From Bacteroidales bacterium (lineage in GTDB: Bacteria > Bacteroidota > Bacteroidia > Bacteroidales > GWA2-32-17), in NCBI GenBank assembly GCA_026416095.1, contig JAOAFV010000028.1, positions 2,121-66,120 on the forward strand: a stretch of 64,000 nt of DNA, in the 5' to 3' direction. Every line of letters begins with the position of its first letter. Position 1 is the stretch's first letter. Positions 29,101 through 37,362 of the stretch are shown piece after piece. Under the pieces are notes generated by a model that saw nothing but the letters and a program-made list of their open reading frames with translations, had not been told where the DNA came from and did not search any database. Position numbers and translations under genes: made by a program.

Positions 29101-31545
29101 AAATTGCCAATGACCAACACCTATACTAGGCATAGCATGTAAAGTATATTCTTTACCACAAATGCTTGTATCGACTCCCGCATTAGCAATGGGTATTTGA
29201 ATAAAGTTAACGATAACACAATCTTTTGAAATACAGCCTGGTCCAAAAGTTTCTTGCCATTGTAAAATATATTTGCCATACTCTGCCACTTGAATGCTCG
29301 AATAAGGATCATTATAATCAGCAAAGAACACATTACCAGGTCCGCTTATCTTTGACCATGTACCTGTACCTATGCTTTGAATAGCATTTAAAGTATATAA
29401 AAGCCCACAGACATTAGTATCAATTCCAGCATTAGATTGAGGAAAAGGGTAAAAAGTTAATTTTATTGTATCGTTGTTTACACAACCATTATTGTTCTCG
29501 GACCAGATAAAATAGTAGCTACCATAATTGTCAACATTAACTTGGGTTTCATTATTGTTAGGATTAGCTATAGTAGCACTACCTGTATCGGCAAAGTACG
29601 ACCAAATTCCTGTTCCTACCGACGGCAATGCGTTAAGTGTATAGCTTAGGCCACACACATTAGCATCGTTGCCTGCATTTGGGGTAGGAATTTTAATAAA
29701 TGTTATCATTACGCAATCTTTATCGGTACAGCCTGGTCCATATGTTTCTTGCCATTGAAACACATAACTACCTTCATTGCTAACAGTTATATTAGAACTT
29801 GGAGAATTTAAATTAGAAAACATTACTGTACCGGGGCCGCTAATTTTAGACCAAATACCAGTTCCAATACTTGGTATTGCATTTAATTGATAGTTTGTAC
29901 CACATACAATATCGTTCACCCCTGCATTGGCTTTTGGTACACTAAAAATTTTAATTGTTATAGAAGCAGTGGTCGAACAACCTAAGTTGTCTTGTACATA
30001 ATACGAAAGGTAAAAAGAGCCACTATCGTTTGACATAAAAATAGGATTTATAATATGAGAATTATTTAATAAAGAATCTGCTCCACTCCACTGATGTATA
30101 ACATAATTACCAGTACCGCCGCTTGGATTTCCGAAAAGTTGGAGTGGCATACCAACGCATCCAAAAGCCGGATTAGGTAATATATTTGCAGAAATTGAGG
30201 CAACTTTTATTGTAACATTGGCTTGACGAGAACATCCATTTGCGTCAATAACTTTATAAGTTAAGCTATATGTGCCAGGAACATTGCAAGTAAAATAAGG
30301 AGTTTGAATGTTTGTTGCATTTAAAAAAGGTGAACCACTGCCTGTCCATTGATGTGTAGTAATAGGAGCACTACCTGGCGTTGGATTACCATTTAGCTGT
30401 AATGTGTCGCCAGGACAAATTGTTAAATTATTGCCTGGTAGTATATTTATTATTGGTCTTGCCCAAACTTTTATTTGGATAGTATCCCAGTTAGAACAAC
30501 CATTTGCGTCGGTAACTGAATATGTAATAAGGTGTAAACCTGGTCCTGCTATAGAAGGATTAAAAGTACCAGTTGTTGAATTTGTTATACCCTGACCACT
30601 CCATGTGCCACCTGATGTAGCGGCTTGTAAATTTACTGCTGAAGCATTAGAGCAAAAAGGACCAACAGGTGTTATTGTTGCATCTGGTTTAGGTACAATT
30701 ATTATATATGCAGTGGTAACGATTGGAGGATGGTCGCCATTTATTGGGTCGTTAGGTGGCCCTGGTATATTAGGATCATCGTAAGGATTACAATAATTCC
30801 AATTTCTTAGCATTACTTCGAAAATCTGGCCAACAAGTGCTGTGTTAGGGACATAAATTGGTAAGCTTACATTATTTGGTGGTAGTGGACCATATACAGG
30901 CTCGTTAGTTTGAATTATTGGGCCACTATACGGAAAAACATAAGAATTTCCATTAATTAATACGTTATTTATAGTATAATTAGTGCCATATATCCACTGC
31001 GTCCATCTTCGATATGTGTTAGGATTATCCATTTCAATAGGAGGTTCGCAATTCCATGTACTTACATCTTGAAAAATAACAGTTGCTTCGTTACCCACAC
31101 ATACTGGATATATTTGAGGTGCAATTTGCAATTGTCCACCATTATAATTATCCATATCCCAAACAGTTACATTTTGCACCTGAATGCTACTAGTACATAA
31201 AACTCCGTTTACTCTTAAGTAAGCAGCTGGTCTATAATTACAGCGGTTACCTCCTTGAGGATAGATGTGTATAGCAGTAGCTCTCCATTCTTTTAATATG
31301 GGATTAGTATTAGTTGCAGGTACTATTTGCATTGGATTCCCATCGTTCCAATCAAAAGCTATTTCAACAGAAGTACCTGCGTCATTTACGCCCCGATAAA
31401 TAACAGTCCACGTAACAGTAACAGGAGCACATAATTTATCGGGTAACATATCATTTGCTTTCGAAGAAATATTACAATCTTGCGATTTTAAGTAAACATT
31501 GAGTAGGAAAAAAAATATTAAAAATATTTTGTACGAATTTTTCAT
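26137..31545 (-). CDS. 1802-aa cell-surface protein: Ig-like/PKD repeat array with T9SS type-B (gliding-motility-associated) C-terminal domain
   Basis: Signal peptide MKNSYKIFLIFFFLLNVYLKSQ. Three Ig-like repeats, four 82-83-aa repeats, and about 10 PKD-like repeats (..GCSPLTVSFQNTS...FGDG...). C-terminal FPSAFTPNPNG...FHPIF...YNLQIFTRWGELIFE...GWDG...VYIWKAKG matches the type-B sorting domain. Confidence 0.9.
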   Translation of the reverse strand: MKNSYKIFLIFFFLLNVYLKSQDCNISSKANDMLPDKLCAPVTVTWTVIYRGVNDAGTSVEIAFDWNDGNPMQIVPATNTNPILKEWRATAIHIYPQGGNRCNYRPAAYLRVNGVLCTSSIQVQNVTVWDMDNYNGGQLQIAPQIYPVCVGNEATVIFQDVSTWNCEPPIEMDNPNTYRRWTQWIYGTNYTINNVLINGNSYVFPYSGPIIQTNEPVYGPLPPNNVSLPIYVPNTALVGQIFEVMLRNWNYCNPYDDPNIPGPPNDPINGDHPPIVTTAYIIIVPKPDATITPVGPFCSNASAVNLQAATSGGTWSGQGITNSTTGTFNPSIAGPGLHLITYSVTDANGCSNWDTIQIKVWARPIINILPGNNLTICPGDTLQLNGNPTPGSAPITTHQWTGSGSPFLNATNIQTPYFTCNVPGTYSLTYKVIDANGCSRQANVTIKVASISANILPNPAFGCVGMPLQLFGNPSGGTGNYVIHQWSGADSLLNNSHIINPIFMSNDSGSFYLSYYVQDNLGCSTTASITIKIFSVPKANAGVNDIVCGTNYQLNAIPSIGTGIWSKISGPGTVMFSNLNSPSSNITVSNEGSYVFQWQETYGPGCTDKDCVMITFIKIPTPNAGNDANVCGLSYTLNALPSVGTGIWSYFADTGSATIANPNNNETQVNVDNYGSYYFIWSENNNGCVNNDTIKLTFYPFPQSNAGIDTNVCGLLYTLNAIQSIGTGTWSKISGPGNVFFADYNDPYSSIQVAEYGKYILQWQETFGPGCISKDCVIVNFIQIPIANAGVDTSICGKEYTLHAMPSIGVGHWQFLSGPGNCTILYPYSNTTLILADTFGTYYFVWTENNSNCINTDTIKINFNIVPVASFVANPISGCSPLTVSFQNTSLFSTFAKWLFSDGYTTNDNNIMHTFVNNTLNNSYYYVSLKVYSQFGCTDSIIDTIIVYPKPVAQFTHNAIPSCSPLEVNFTNTSLNAVSYQWDFGDNQTSFEINPFHIFYNNTGIIYYYPVKLIAASSYNCFDTVLNYITIFPTPQHTINIFPDSVCTSAYVNMTTEPLSQLYIWHFGDSSQQTGTNQMFHYYFNFVDTPITYLVTLYTSNSFGCKDTAYSNVTILPKPKALLAYELFNYCSPATIKFFNLSENATHFIIDFGDNTIISGNFQSIEHTYYNNTNSAQTYNVKFIAYNEYMCSDTFTLTITIYPKVEASFTCTTQGCSPLCILFDNNTINGQQYIWNFGNGDSSTIENPQYIFYNNTDSSMVYNVSLIAISEYLCSDTFSTTITVFPSPDAQLSIPVNYGCAPASILMYNNSTNASTSLIYYGDGTFEENNNNLIIHNYDNITNNPINYTITLSVVNNYGCNDSTTQSVLIYPRVNAFFNCDTVGCSPMTVNFYNFSMNSNNYLWNFGDGITSTNINPIHTFVNNTTDVVYFNVVLSAISQYNCIDTAIRIIKVYPTPNASFIIDSVTIHYPNTTINIVNTTQGVWHYLWYFGDGTTSNEFQPLNHTYSNWGNYNICLISYSDYCRDTFCTTINIIPPKPIAMYEPSEFKGCSPLTIELYNLSQFANSYLWQFGDGNISTQVNPVYTYSTPGNYVITLTAFGDGGQAQYTAGTVTVYNSASAYFVVTPTIVYVPNQPITCINLSQNATSYLWNFGDGTTSTDISPQHYYTFEGQYNITLIANNEYNCPDTFTIIRAVTAEATGDIIFPSAFTPNPNGPNGGKYNQGDLTNDVFHPIFIGVSEYNLQIFTRWGELIFETNDIYTGWDGYYKNELCKQDVYIWKAKGKFLNGQTFDKIGTVTLIR
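26470..28950 (-). repeat. array of about 10 PKD-like domain repeats (coding) in the giant surface-protein gene
   Basis: Recurring units of about 75-85 aa containing ..(G)CSP(L/M)xVxFxNxS....W.FGDG.......P.H.Y.... then ..Y.V.L.A...(Y/F).C.D(T/S)...I.(V/I)(Y/F)P.P. Boundaries are approximate. Confidence 0.8.
28950..29940 (-). repeat. four tandem coding repeats of about 246-249 nt in an A-B-A'-B' arrangement inside the giant surface-protein gene
   Basis: Peptide units begin PKANAGVNDIVCGTNYQLNAIPSIGTGIWSKISGPG.., PTPNAGNDANVCGLSYTLNALPSVGTGIWSYFADTG.., PQSNAGIDTNVCGLLYTLNAIQSIGTGTWSKISGPG.. and PIANAGVDTSICGKEYTLHAMPSIGVGHWQFLSGPG... Units 1 and 3 share ..QWQET(Y/F)GPGC..KDCV..; units 2 and 4 share ..Y(Y/F)(I/V)W(S/T)ENN..C(V/I)N.DTIK(L/I). 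Boundaries are approximate (+/- 15 nt). Confidence 0.8.
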
Positions 31546-31579
31546 TTTATATTTTATACGTTAGGTATCAAATATGAGT

Positions 31580-32581
31580 TCATATTGTAGTACAATTATT
31601 TGCTAACTTAATTGTTAAAGTTTTTAATATTGCTTCAATTTCCCATACATAATTTTTTTTATCGTATTTTGGAGCATAAACATAGCCATCAATAAAAACT
31701 ACTTTATCTTTTATAGGCACAACATAAGTAACAAAAGGGCCACCCATAAAATCGTTTTCTATTTTCCATAGTCCTCTTATTTCATGTATAAAAGTATTAT
31801 TTAAAAAAAATCGTCTTTCAATAGGAGTAAATAATTTTTCAGTTGTCATATATGAGCCATGAGTTGGCCCTGGCACATTTTTTTGTAAAACAGAATCTTT
31901 GATTGCAATTAATTTCTTTAAGTTAAATAAAGAAGTATCCCTATAAGGATAAGAATAAATAAAAAAGCCTTGACTAGTATTAATAGTTTCGTACGAAATC
32001 CATAAAAAATTTGTTGTATCAACATTTAACCTATAGCCTTTCGGGAACGAAATGTTTATGTTAAATTTATTAAGTGGCACAGTAAGTTCTTTGTTTTTGT
32101 ACTTATGGTAAATAAACTTTAATCTGTTTATTTCTTCATTTATAAAGAAATCGACTATTTCAGGGCCTTTTCTTTCGAGGAAAAACTTTAAACTATCGTC
32201 GTTTGGTGATATAATTTCTAAGTAAAGCTGAGGTTTTGCCCAAAGGTTTCGCTTATAATAAAGTACTGTGGTTGCAACATTTTTATTGTAGGTTATTTTA
32301 ATTATATTCCGTGACAACTTGAATGCTTCGCTAATATTGCTTGATTTCAAAGGGAATATTTTAAAAATTTCTTCATCTTGTGGTAAAGCAGGGTAATCTT
32401 GGGTTAGTAAATCTTTTAAAATAAAATATGGAATACTGTTCCAAAAGCTCTCTTCGGCAACAAGTAATACTTCACCTCTTTTACCGGTAGAATTTGGTAA
32501 TAACTCACTCTTTTCGTTGCAAGCAGTAAAAACTATGGTAAGAATAAGAATGAAAATCACTGGCAAAGTTTTTAAAATCAT
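31580..32581 (-). CDS. hypothetical lipoprotein (possibly DUF4837 family)
   Basis: Lipoprotein signal MILKTLPVIFILILTIVFTAC. About 330 aa, Bacteroidota-type. The DUF4837 assignment is from memory of size and architecture only. Confidence 0.6.
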   Translation of the reverse strand: MILKTLPVIFILILTIVFTACNEKSELLPNSTGKRGEVLLVAEESFWNSIPYFILKDLLTQDYPALPQDEEIFKIFPLKSSNISEAFKLSRNIIKITYNKNVATTVLYYKRNLWAKPQLYLEIISPNDDSLKFFLERKGPEIVDFFINEEINRLKFIYHKYKNKELTVPLNKFNINISFPKGYRLNVDTTNFLWISYETINTSQGFFIYSYPYRDTSLFNLKKLIAIKDSVLQKNVPGPTHGSYMTTEKLFTPIERRFFLNNTFIHEIRGLWKIENDFMGGPFVTYVVPIKDKVVFIDGYVYAPKYDKKNYVWEIEAILKTLTIKLANNCTTI

Positions 32582-32919
32582 AAAATCTAATTTTGCTACG
32601 AATGTAATAAAAATTACATTTAAATAAAACTTGCTATTTAGAAATATTACAACAACTATTGGCTTTTTGATAAATTAATATCTTTTGATATAACTCAAAT
32701 GTTATATATTACAGGCATACTGCAAAATTATTTTTACTAATTTGTCAAAATAAGTTATTTACATTCAGAATTTTTATAAACAAATTTTTAAAATCTTTTT
32801 TAGACTTTAGTATAATTAATGCTTAAAAAACTGAAAAATTTTAATAGCAGGCTAGCTTACTTTGCTAATAGCATAATAATACTCGTTAAAAATTTAATAT
32901 TTGTACAACTTAAAAAAAC

Positions 32920-34308
32920 TTAAAATTCAGCATTTTTAGGTGTTCTAGGGAAAGGGATTACGTCGCGTATATTAGACATGCCTGTCAAAAACAACATAAG
33001 TCGTTCGAAACCTAATCCAAAACCGCTATGAGGTGCTGTTCCGAATTTACGAGTTTCTAAATACCACCATACATCTTTTTCAGGAATATTTAGTTCTTTG
33101 ACCCTTTTAAGTAGTTTATCATAGTCATCTTCTCTTTGAGAGCCACCAATTATTTCACCGATTTTAGGGAATAATACGTCCATTGCTCTAACAGTTTTGC
33201 CATCATCGTTTAGTTTCATGTAAAATGCTTTAATTTCTTTAGGATAATCGGTAATTATTATCGGTTTTTTATAATATTTTTCAACAAGATAGCGTTCATG
33301 TTCAGCTTGTAAATCTGCACCCCAATAAACAGGGAATTCGAAATTTTCGTTCGATTTTAACAAAACTTCTATTGCGTCGGTGTAGGTAATACGAGCAAAT
33401 TTTTCTTTAAGTACCCAATGCAATCGGTCAATAAGTTCATTGTCGTACCTATCATTTAAAAACTGTAAGTCGTCTGGACAATTATCTAGTACATATTTAA
33501 TAATATATTTTATAAAGTCTTCGGCTAAATCCATATTATCGTTAATATCGTAAAAAGCCATTTCAGGTTCAATCATCCAAAATTCTGCAAGATGACGAGG
33601 TGTGTTTGAATTTTCGGCTCTAAAAGTTGGGCCAAAAGTATAGATTTCGCCAAGTGCTAAAGCTCCAAGTTCACCTTCTAATTGTCCGGACACTGTTAAA
33701 TTTGTTTCGCGCCCAAAAAAGTCTTGCGAAAAATCAATTTTACCATCAGGTGTGTAAGGTAGGTTATACAAATCTAAGGTTGTTACTTTAAACATTTTAC
33801 CTGCACCTTCGCAGTCACTACCTGTAATTATGGGAGTGTGGAGGTAAATAAAACCACGCTGATTAAAGTAGTAATGAATAGCAAAGGCTGCAGCATGTCT
33901 TATTCTAAATATGCACCCGAATGTATTTGTACGAGGCCTTAAATGTGCTATTGTTCTAAGAAATTCTAAACTATGTCCTTTTTTTTGTAAAGGATATGTT
34001 TCAGCGTCACACTCACCGTATAACTCAACATTAATAGCTTTTAATTCTACAGATTGCTCTTTCCCTAAAGATTCAACAAGTGTACCTCTTACTCCAATAC
34101 TTGCACCGGTGGTTAGTCTTTTCAAAAACTTAGAATCAAAATCTTTCTCATCTATTACTATTTGTAAATTTTTAACAGTCGAACCATCGTTCAAAGCAAT
34201 AAAATGTATTTGTTTTACATTTCTGTGAGTCCTTATCCAACCTTTTACTAAATATTCTTCATTAATTATTGGGTTTGTAAGTATTTCTTTAATCTTAGTT
34301 CTTTTCAT
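32920..34308 (-). CDS. asnS: asparagine--tRNA ligase
   Basis: Class IIb aaRS: N-terminal OB fold, motif 2 [27 protein letters not shown], motif 3 GFGLGFERL. 462 aa. Confidence 0.95.
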   Translation of the reverse strand: MKRTKIKEILTNPIINEEYLVKGWIRTHRNVKQIHFIALNDGSTVKNLQIVIDEKDFDSKFLKRLTTGASIGVRGTLVESLGKEQSVELKAINVELYGECDAETYPLQKKGHSLEFLRTIAHLRPRTNTFGCIFRIRHAAAFAIHYYFNQRGFIYLHTPIITGSDCEGAGKMFKVTTLDLYNLPYTPDGKIDFSQDFFGRETNLTVSGQLEGELGALALGEIYTFGPTFRAENSNTPRHLAEFWMIEPEMAFYDINDNMDLAEDFIKYIIKYVLDNCPDDLQFLNDRYDNELIDRLHWVLKEKFARITYTDAIEVLLKSNENFEFPVYWGADLQAEHERYLVEKYYKKPIIITDYPKEIKAFYMKLNDDGKTVRAMDVLFPKIGEIIGGSQREDDYDKLLKRVKELNIPEKDVWWYLETRKFGTAPHSGFGLGFERLMLFLTGMSNIRDVIPFPRTPKNAEF

Positions 34309-35863
34309 AATTGTTAAAGTTTAGTTCTTTATTCGAAATTAATATTTTAAACTTATTAAGAGAAAGATTAAGATTGGAAGTTACTTTAATATAACTTTTA
34401 TATTTGAAACACCATTTTTTTCGTATGCTTAAAAAGCCTTTTTTTAAAAAAGATTCAATGAACGGATGAGCTATTATTTTAACTGCTCTAAATTTAATTT
34501 TATCTTTTATACTTCTTAAACAATCTTCTATATTATCTATCACACTCATTGAATCGGAAATTTTACCAGTACCAAGACATAGGGGGCATGTTTCTTCTAC
34601 ATTAAAATTAACTTCCTGACGTAGCCTTTGTCTTGTAATTTGCATTATTCCAAATTTGCTTAATGGTAATATGTCGTATTTAGCTCTATCTTTAGATAAT
34701 AATTCTTTTATTCGTTCGTAAATTATTTTTTTATATTCATTATTATACATGTCGACAAAATCAATAATTATAATTCCACCAAGATTTCTTAACCTTATTT
34801 GCCGAGCTATTTCGTCGGTTGCAAGTAAATTTATTTTAAAAGCATTTTGTTCAGGAGTTTCGTCTTTATATTGGAGCGAGCCACTATTAACATCTATAAC
34901 ATGAAGTGCTTCGGTGCTTTCAATAATTAGGTACACACCATGTTTCAGGTAAACTACTTTACCAAGCGATTTTTTTAATTGTTTAGTAATACCGAATTTA
35001 TCGAAAAGGGGTTCGGTTCCTTTGTAAGTTTTAATGATCTTTAGTTTATTAGTATCAAATGTTTTTAGGTATTCTTTCATTTCATTTGATATCTCGACCG
35101 AATCTGTGTATATATTTTCGAAAGAATCGTTTAGTAAGTCTCTTAAAATAGTATTTGTTCTTTCAATTTCGCCAATCACTTTAACAGGCGGAATCAGTTT
35201 ATGAATTTCGTTGAAAGAATTCTCCCATTTCTTTATTAACATTTCTGCTTCCCTAAGTAAATCGGTTTCCGACTTACCTTCGGCAGCAGTTCTGATTATT
35301 ATTCCAAAATTCTTAAAGATGTTTTTATTAAAAATTTTAATTAACCTTTCCCTTTCTGAAAGATTTTTAATTTTTTTTGAAATGCCTATTTTATTTGAGA
35401 AGGGAATTAGTATTAAATATCTTCCAGATAATGTAATTTCGCACGTTAGTCGTGGACCTTTATTTAGAATTGCTTCCTTGGCTATTTGTACTAAAATTAT
35501 TTGATTACTTTTTAAATATTTTTCAATTTTACCTTCGGTAGGTATTTTATCTTTGAATGTAAAATTGCTAATGCTAACGTCTTTAACATTTTTGTTTTTA
35601 AGCACAACATTCACATAATTTTGCAAAGAAAAGAAGTTTTCTCCCAAATCTGAAAAATGTAAAAAAGCATCTTTTTTATGTCCAATATCAACAAAGGCTG
35701 CATTTAGTCCAGGCATTAATTTTTTTACTTTACCTAAGAAAATATCGCCAGTGTTAAAATTACTATACCGTTTATATTCATAAAACTCTACAAGCAACCC
35801 CTCTTCAACAAGTGCAATTTGAGTTAAATCGTCTTTTGTTTGAATAAAAAGTTCACGCTTCAC
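34295..35863 (-). CDS. rng: ribonuclease G/E family endoribonuclease
   Basis: S1 domain [23 protein letters not shown], catalytic core [11 protein letters not shown], zinc-link-like [11 protein letters not shown] start. 522 aa. Confidence 0.92.
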   Translation of the reverse strand: MKRELFIQTKDDLTQIALVEEGLLVEFYEYKRYSNFNTGDIFLGKVKKLMPGLNAAFVDIGHKKDAFLHFSDLGENFFSLQNYVNVVLKNKNVKDVSISNFTFKDKIPTEGKIEKYLKSNQIILVQIAKEAILNKGPRLTCEITLSGRYLILIPFSNKIGISKKIKNLSERERLIKIFNKNIFKNFGIIIRTAAEGKSETDLLREAEMLIKKWENSFNEIHKLIPPVKVIGEIERTNTILRDLLNDSFENIYTDSVEISNEMKEYLKTFDTNKLKIIKTYKGTEPLFDKFGITKQLKKSLGKVVYLKHGVYLIIESTEALHVIDVNSGSLQYKDETPEQNAFKINLLATDEIARQIRLRNLGGIIIIDFVDMYNNEYKKIIYERIKELLSKDRAKYDILPLSKFGIMQITRQRLRQEVNFNVEETCPLCLGTGKISDSMSVIDNIEDCLRSIKDKIKFRAVKIIAHPFIESFLKKGFLSIRKKWCFKYKSYIKVTSNLNLSLNKFKILISNKELNFNNYEKN

Positions 35864-35889
35864 ATGTTCTAAGAGAAAATTTTAAATAC

Positions 35890-35985
35890 TTAACGTCTTT
35901 TTTTCTTGTGCCTATTTTTTCTTAATCTTTTTTTCCTTTTATGAACTGCCATCTTATGTCTTTTCCTTTTTCTTCCACAAGGCAT
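35890..35985 (-). CDS. 31-aa Lys/Arg-rich micro-protein (bS22 / AURKAIP1-COX24-like)
   Basis: Not in the ORF track (too short). Manual translation gives ATG CCT TGT GGA AGA AAA AGG ... CGT TAA = MPCGRKRKRHKMAVHKRKKRLRKNRHKKKRR*, with 19 of 31 residues Lys/Arg. It sits between the HU and rng genes on the same strand. Confidence 0.6.
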   Translation of the reverse strand: MPCGRKRKRHKMAVHKRKKRLRKNRHKKKRR

Positions 35986-35998
35986 AACTTTATTTTTT

Positions 35999-36283
35999 TT
36001 AAATCTTTATTTTCTTAACAGCATCTTTAAACTCCTTACAAGGTTTAAAAAAAGGAATATAATGTTCAGGTACAGTTATAGTAGTATTTTGGGAAATATT
36101 TCTTGCAATTTTTTTTGCTCTCTTTTTAAGTATAAAGCTACCAAAACCCCTAAAATATATATTATTACCCTGTGTCATGGCTTTTTTAACAGTTTCTAGA
36201 AAGGCATTAACAGTTTCTTCTACAATTGTTTTTTCTATGCCAGTTTTACTTGAAATTTCATTAATTATATCTAACTTGGTCAT
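35999..36283 (-). CDS. hup: HU-family DNA-binding protein
   Basis: MTKLDIINEISSKTGIEKTIVEETVNAFLETVKKAM....FRGFGSF..KKRAKKIARN..... 94 aa. Confidence 0.93.
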   Translation of the reverse strand: MTKLDIINEISSKTGIEKTIVEETVNAFLETVKKAMTQGNNIYFRGFGSFILKKRAKKIARNISQNTTITVPEHYIPFFKPCKEFKDAVKKIKI

Positions 36284-36306
36284 AAAAAAAATTTACATAT
36301 TCGTTG

Positions 36307-36314
36307 CAAAATTA
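36307..36314 (-). promoter_or_regulatory. -7 element (TAATTTTG on minus strand), 23 nt upstream of the HU ATG 36283
   Basis: The plus strand reads CAAAATTA. Confidence 0.45.
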
Positions 36315-36475
36315 TACAATAAATAAATTGAAACAAAACTTTTGGAAAATTTTTTTAAAATTCTTAAGAAAAAATAATCTTGTTACCAAAAATAAAGCAA
36401 ACATTATTTAATAAATTGTTAATAAGCTGTTAAAAAATTTTGATTAATGATGATACAACATATTAAATATTTATT

Positions 36476-36483
36476 TACTTTTG
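36476..36483 (+). promoter_or_regulatory. -7 element TACTTTTG, 29 nt upstream of ATG 36513
   Basis: Exact TAnnTTTG match. Confidence 0.45.
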
Positions 36484-36512
36484 TGTAAGTTAAGAAAATT
36501 TTTATTGTTAAT

Positions 36513-37214
36513 ATGAATACAAAACAAATATTGAGTGCAACCGAATTATTTGATAAAATTACATATGAAGAGTTAAAGAATTTACTCCATCAAATACATT
36601 GTACACTTCATAAAGAAAAAAACATATTATTATATAGAAGCTCGATTATTACTGAAAAGCAGAGTAATAAAATTTACCTAACTTGTATATTTCATTGTAA
36701 CACTGAATGTAATGAGAGTAACAAAATAGTTTATAATTATTTAAAAAAAATATTCCGCAATAATGAATTGTGCTGTGTTCCATATATAAGAAGTAATTCG
36801 TTAAAAAATGGTTTTAGTACTGAACAAATCAGCTTCGAAAATTTTGTATCAACTAATTTAGAATTGAATAATATTTTATATAAACCAGACAATATTGACA
36901 TCAATAAGCTTCTGAAGAAAATATATTATACCTACAATGGAATTAAGGGTAAAGTTTTATGGAATAACTATAAGCCAATAAACATTGAAAAGGGAAAATA
37001 CTTAGCAAAAGAATTGTATTGTGAATTATGTTTAGATCAAATAATCACAAAATCGGGTTACAAAATTACAAACGATGCTCTTGTTTTTGTTGAAAACGAT
37101 AATATTTATCCCTATTACAAAGATAAAAATCTTGTTTTATGTGTAGAAGAAATTCATGAAAAAGATAAACTTCCAGAATTATTATCCAATAAATATAAAT
37201 TAATTTTAAATTAA
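36513..37214 (+). CDS. hypothetical Cys-rich protein
   Basis: 233 aa with 9 Cys, including CIFHCNTEC and CELC. Has its own TACTTTTG -7 element 29 nt upstream. No family recognised. Confidence 0.55.
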   Translation: MNTKQILSATELFDKITYEELKNLLHQIHCTLHKEKNILLYRSSIITEKQSNKIYLTCIFHCNTECNESNKIVYNYLKKIFRNNELCCVPYIRSNSLKNGFSTEQISFENFVSTNLELNNILYKPDNIDINKLLKKIYYTYNGIKGKVLWNNYKPINIEKGKYLAKELYCELCLDQIITKSGYKITNDALVFVENDNIYPYYKDKNLVLCVEEIHEKDKLPELLSNKYKLILN

Positions 37215-37278
37215 AAAATTTGTTACTTTATTTCAATACAATATAATAAAAAAAATAGGAAATATCAAAAGTTTATAA

Positions 37279-37286
37279 TAATTTTG
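37279..37286 (+). promoter_or_regulatory. -7 element TAATTTTG, 76 nt upstream of the rho ATG (implies a leader of about 70 nt)
   Basis: Exact TAnnTTTG match, and the only such match in the 148-nt region upstream of rho. Confidence 0.4.
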
Positions 37287-37350
37287 TATGGGTTTTCTGC
37301 ATTTTTTTTGAAATTTTTTCTTAGCCTAATATTGTAAGGAAAATATTAAG

Positions 37351-37355
37351 GGAGG
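37351..37355 (+). promoter_or_regulatory. Shine-Dalgarno-like GGAGG 7 nt upstream of the rho ATG
   Basis: Sequence taagGGAGGaaatataATG. No other start codon in this window has a comparable purine-rich element at this spacing. Confidence 0.55.
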
Positions 37356-37362
37356 AAATATA

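Noticed and set aside
36513-36700. A Crp/Fnr-type cyclic-nucleotide-binding regulator call for the 233-aa hypothetical, based on the N-terminal ELFDKITYEELKNLL and the Crp-like length.
   Set aside because: The resemblance is limited to a short, common helix-like phrase. The C-terminus shows no helix-turn-helix pattern. This is not enough to support a call.
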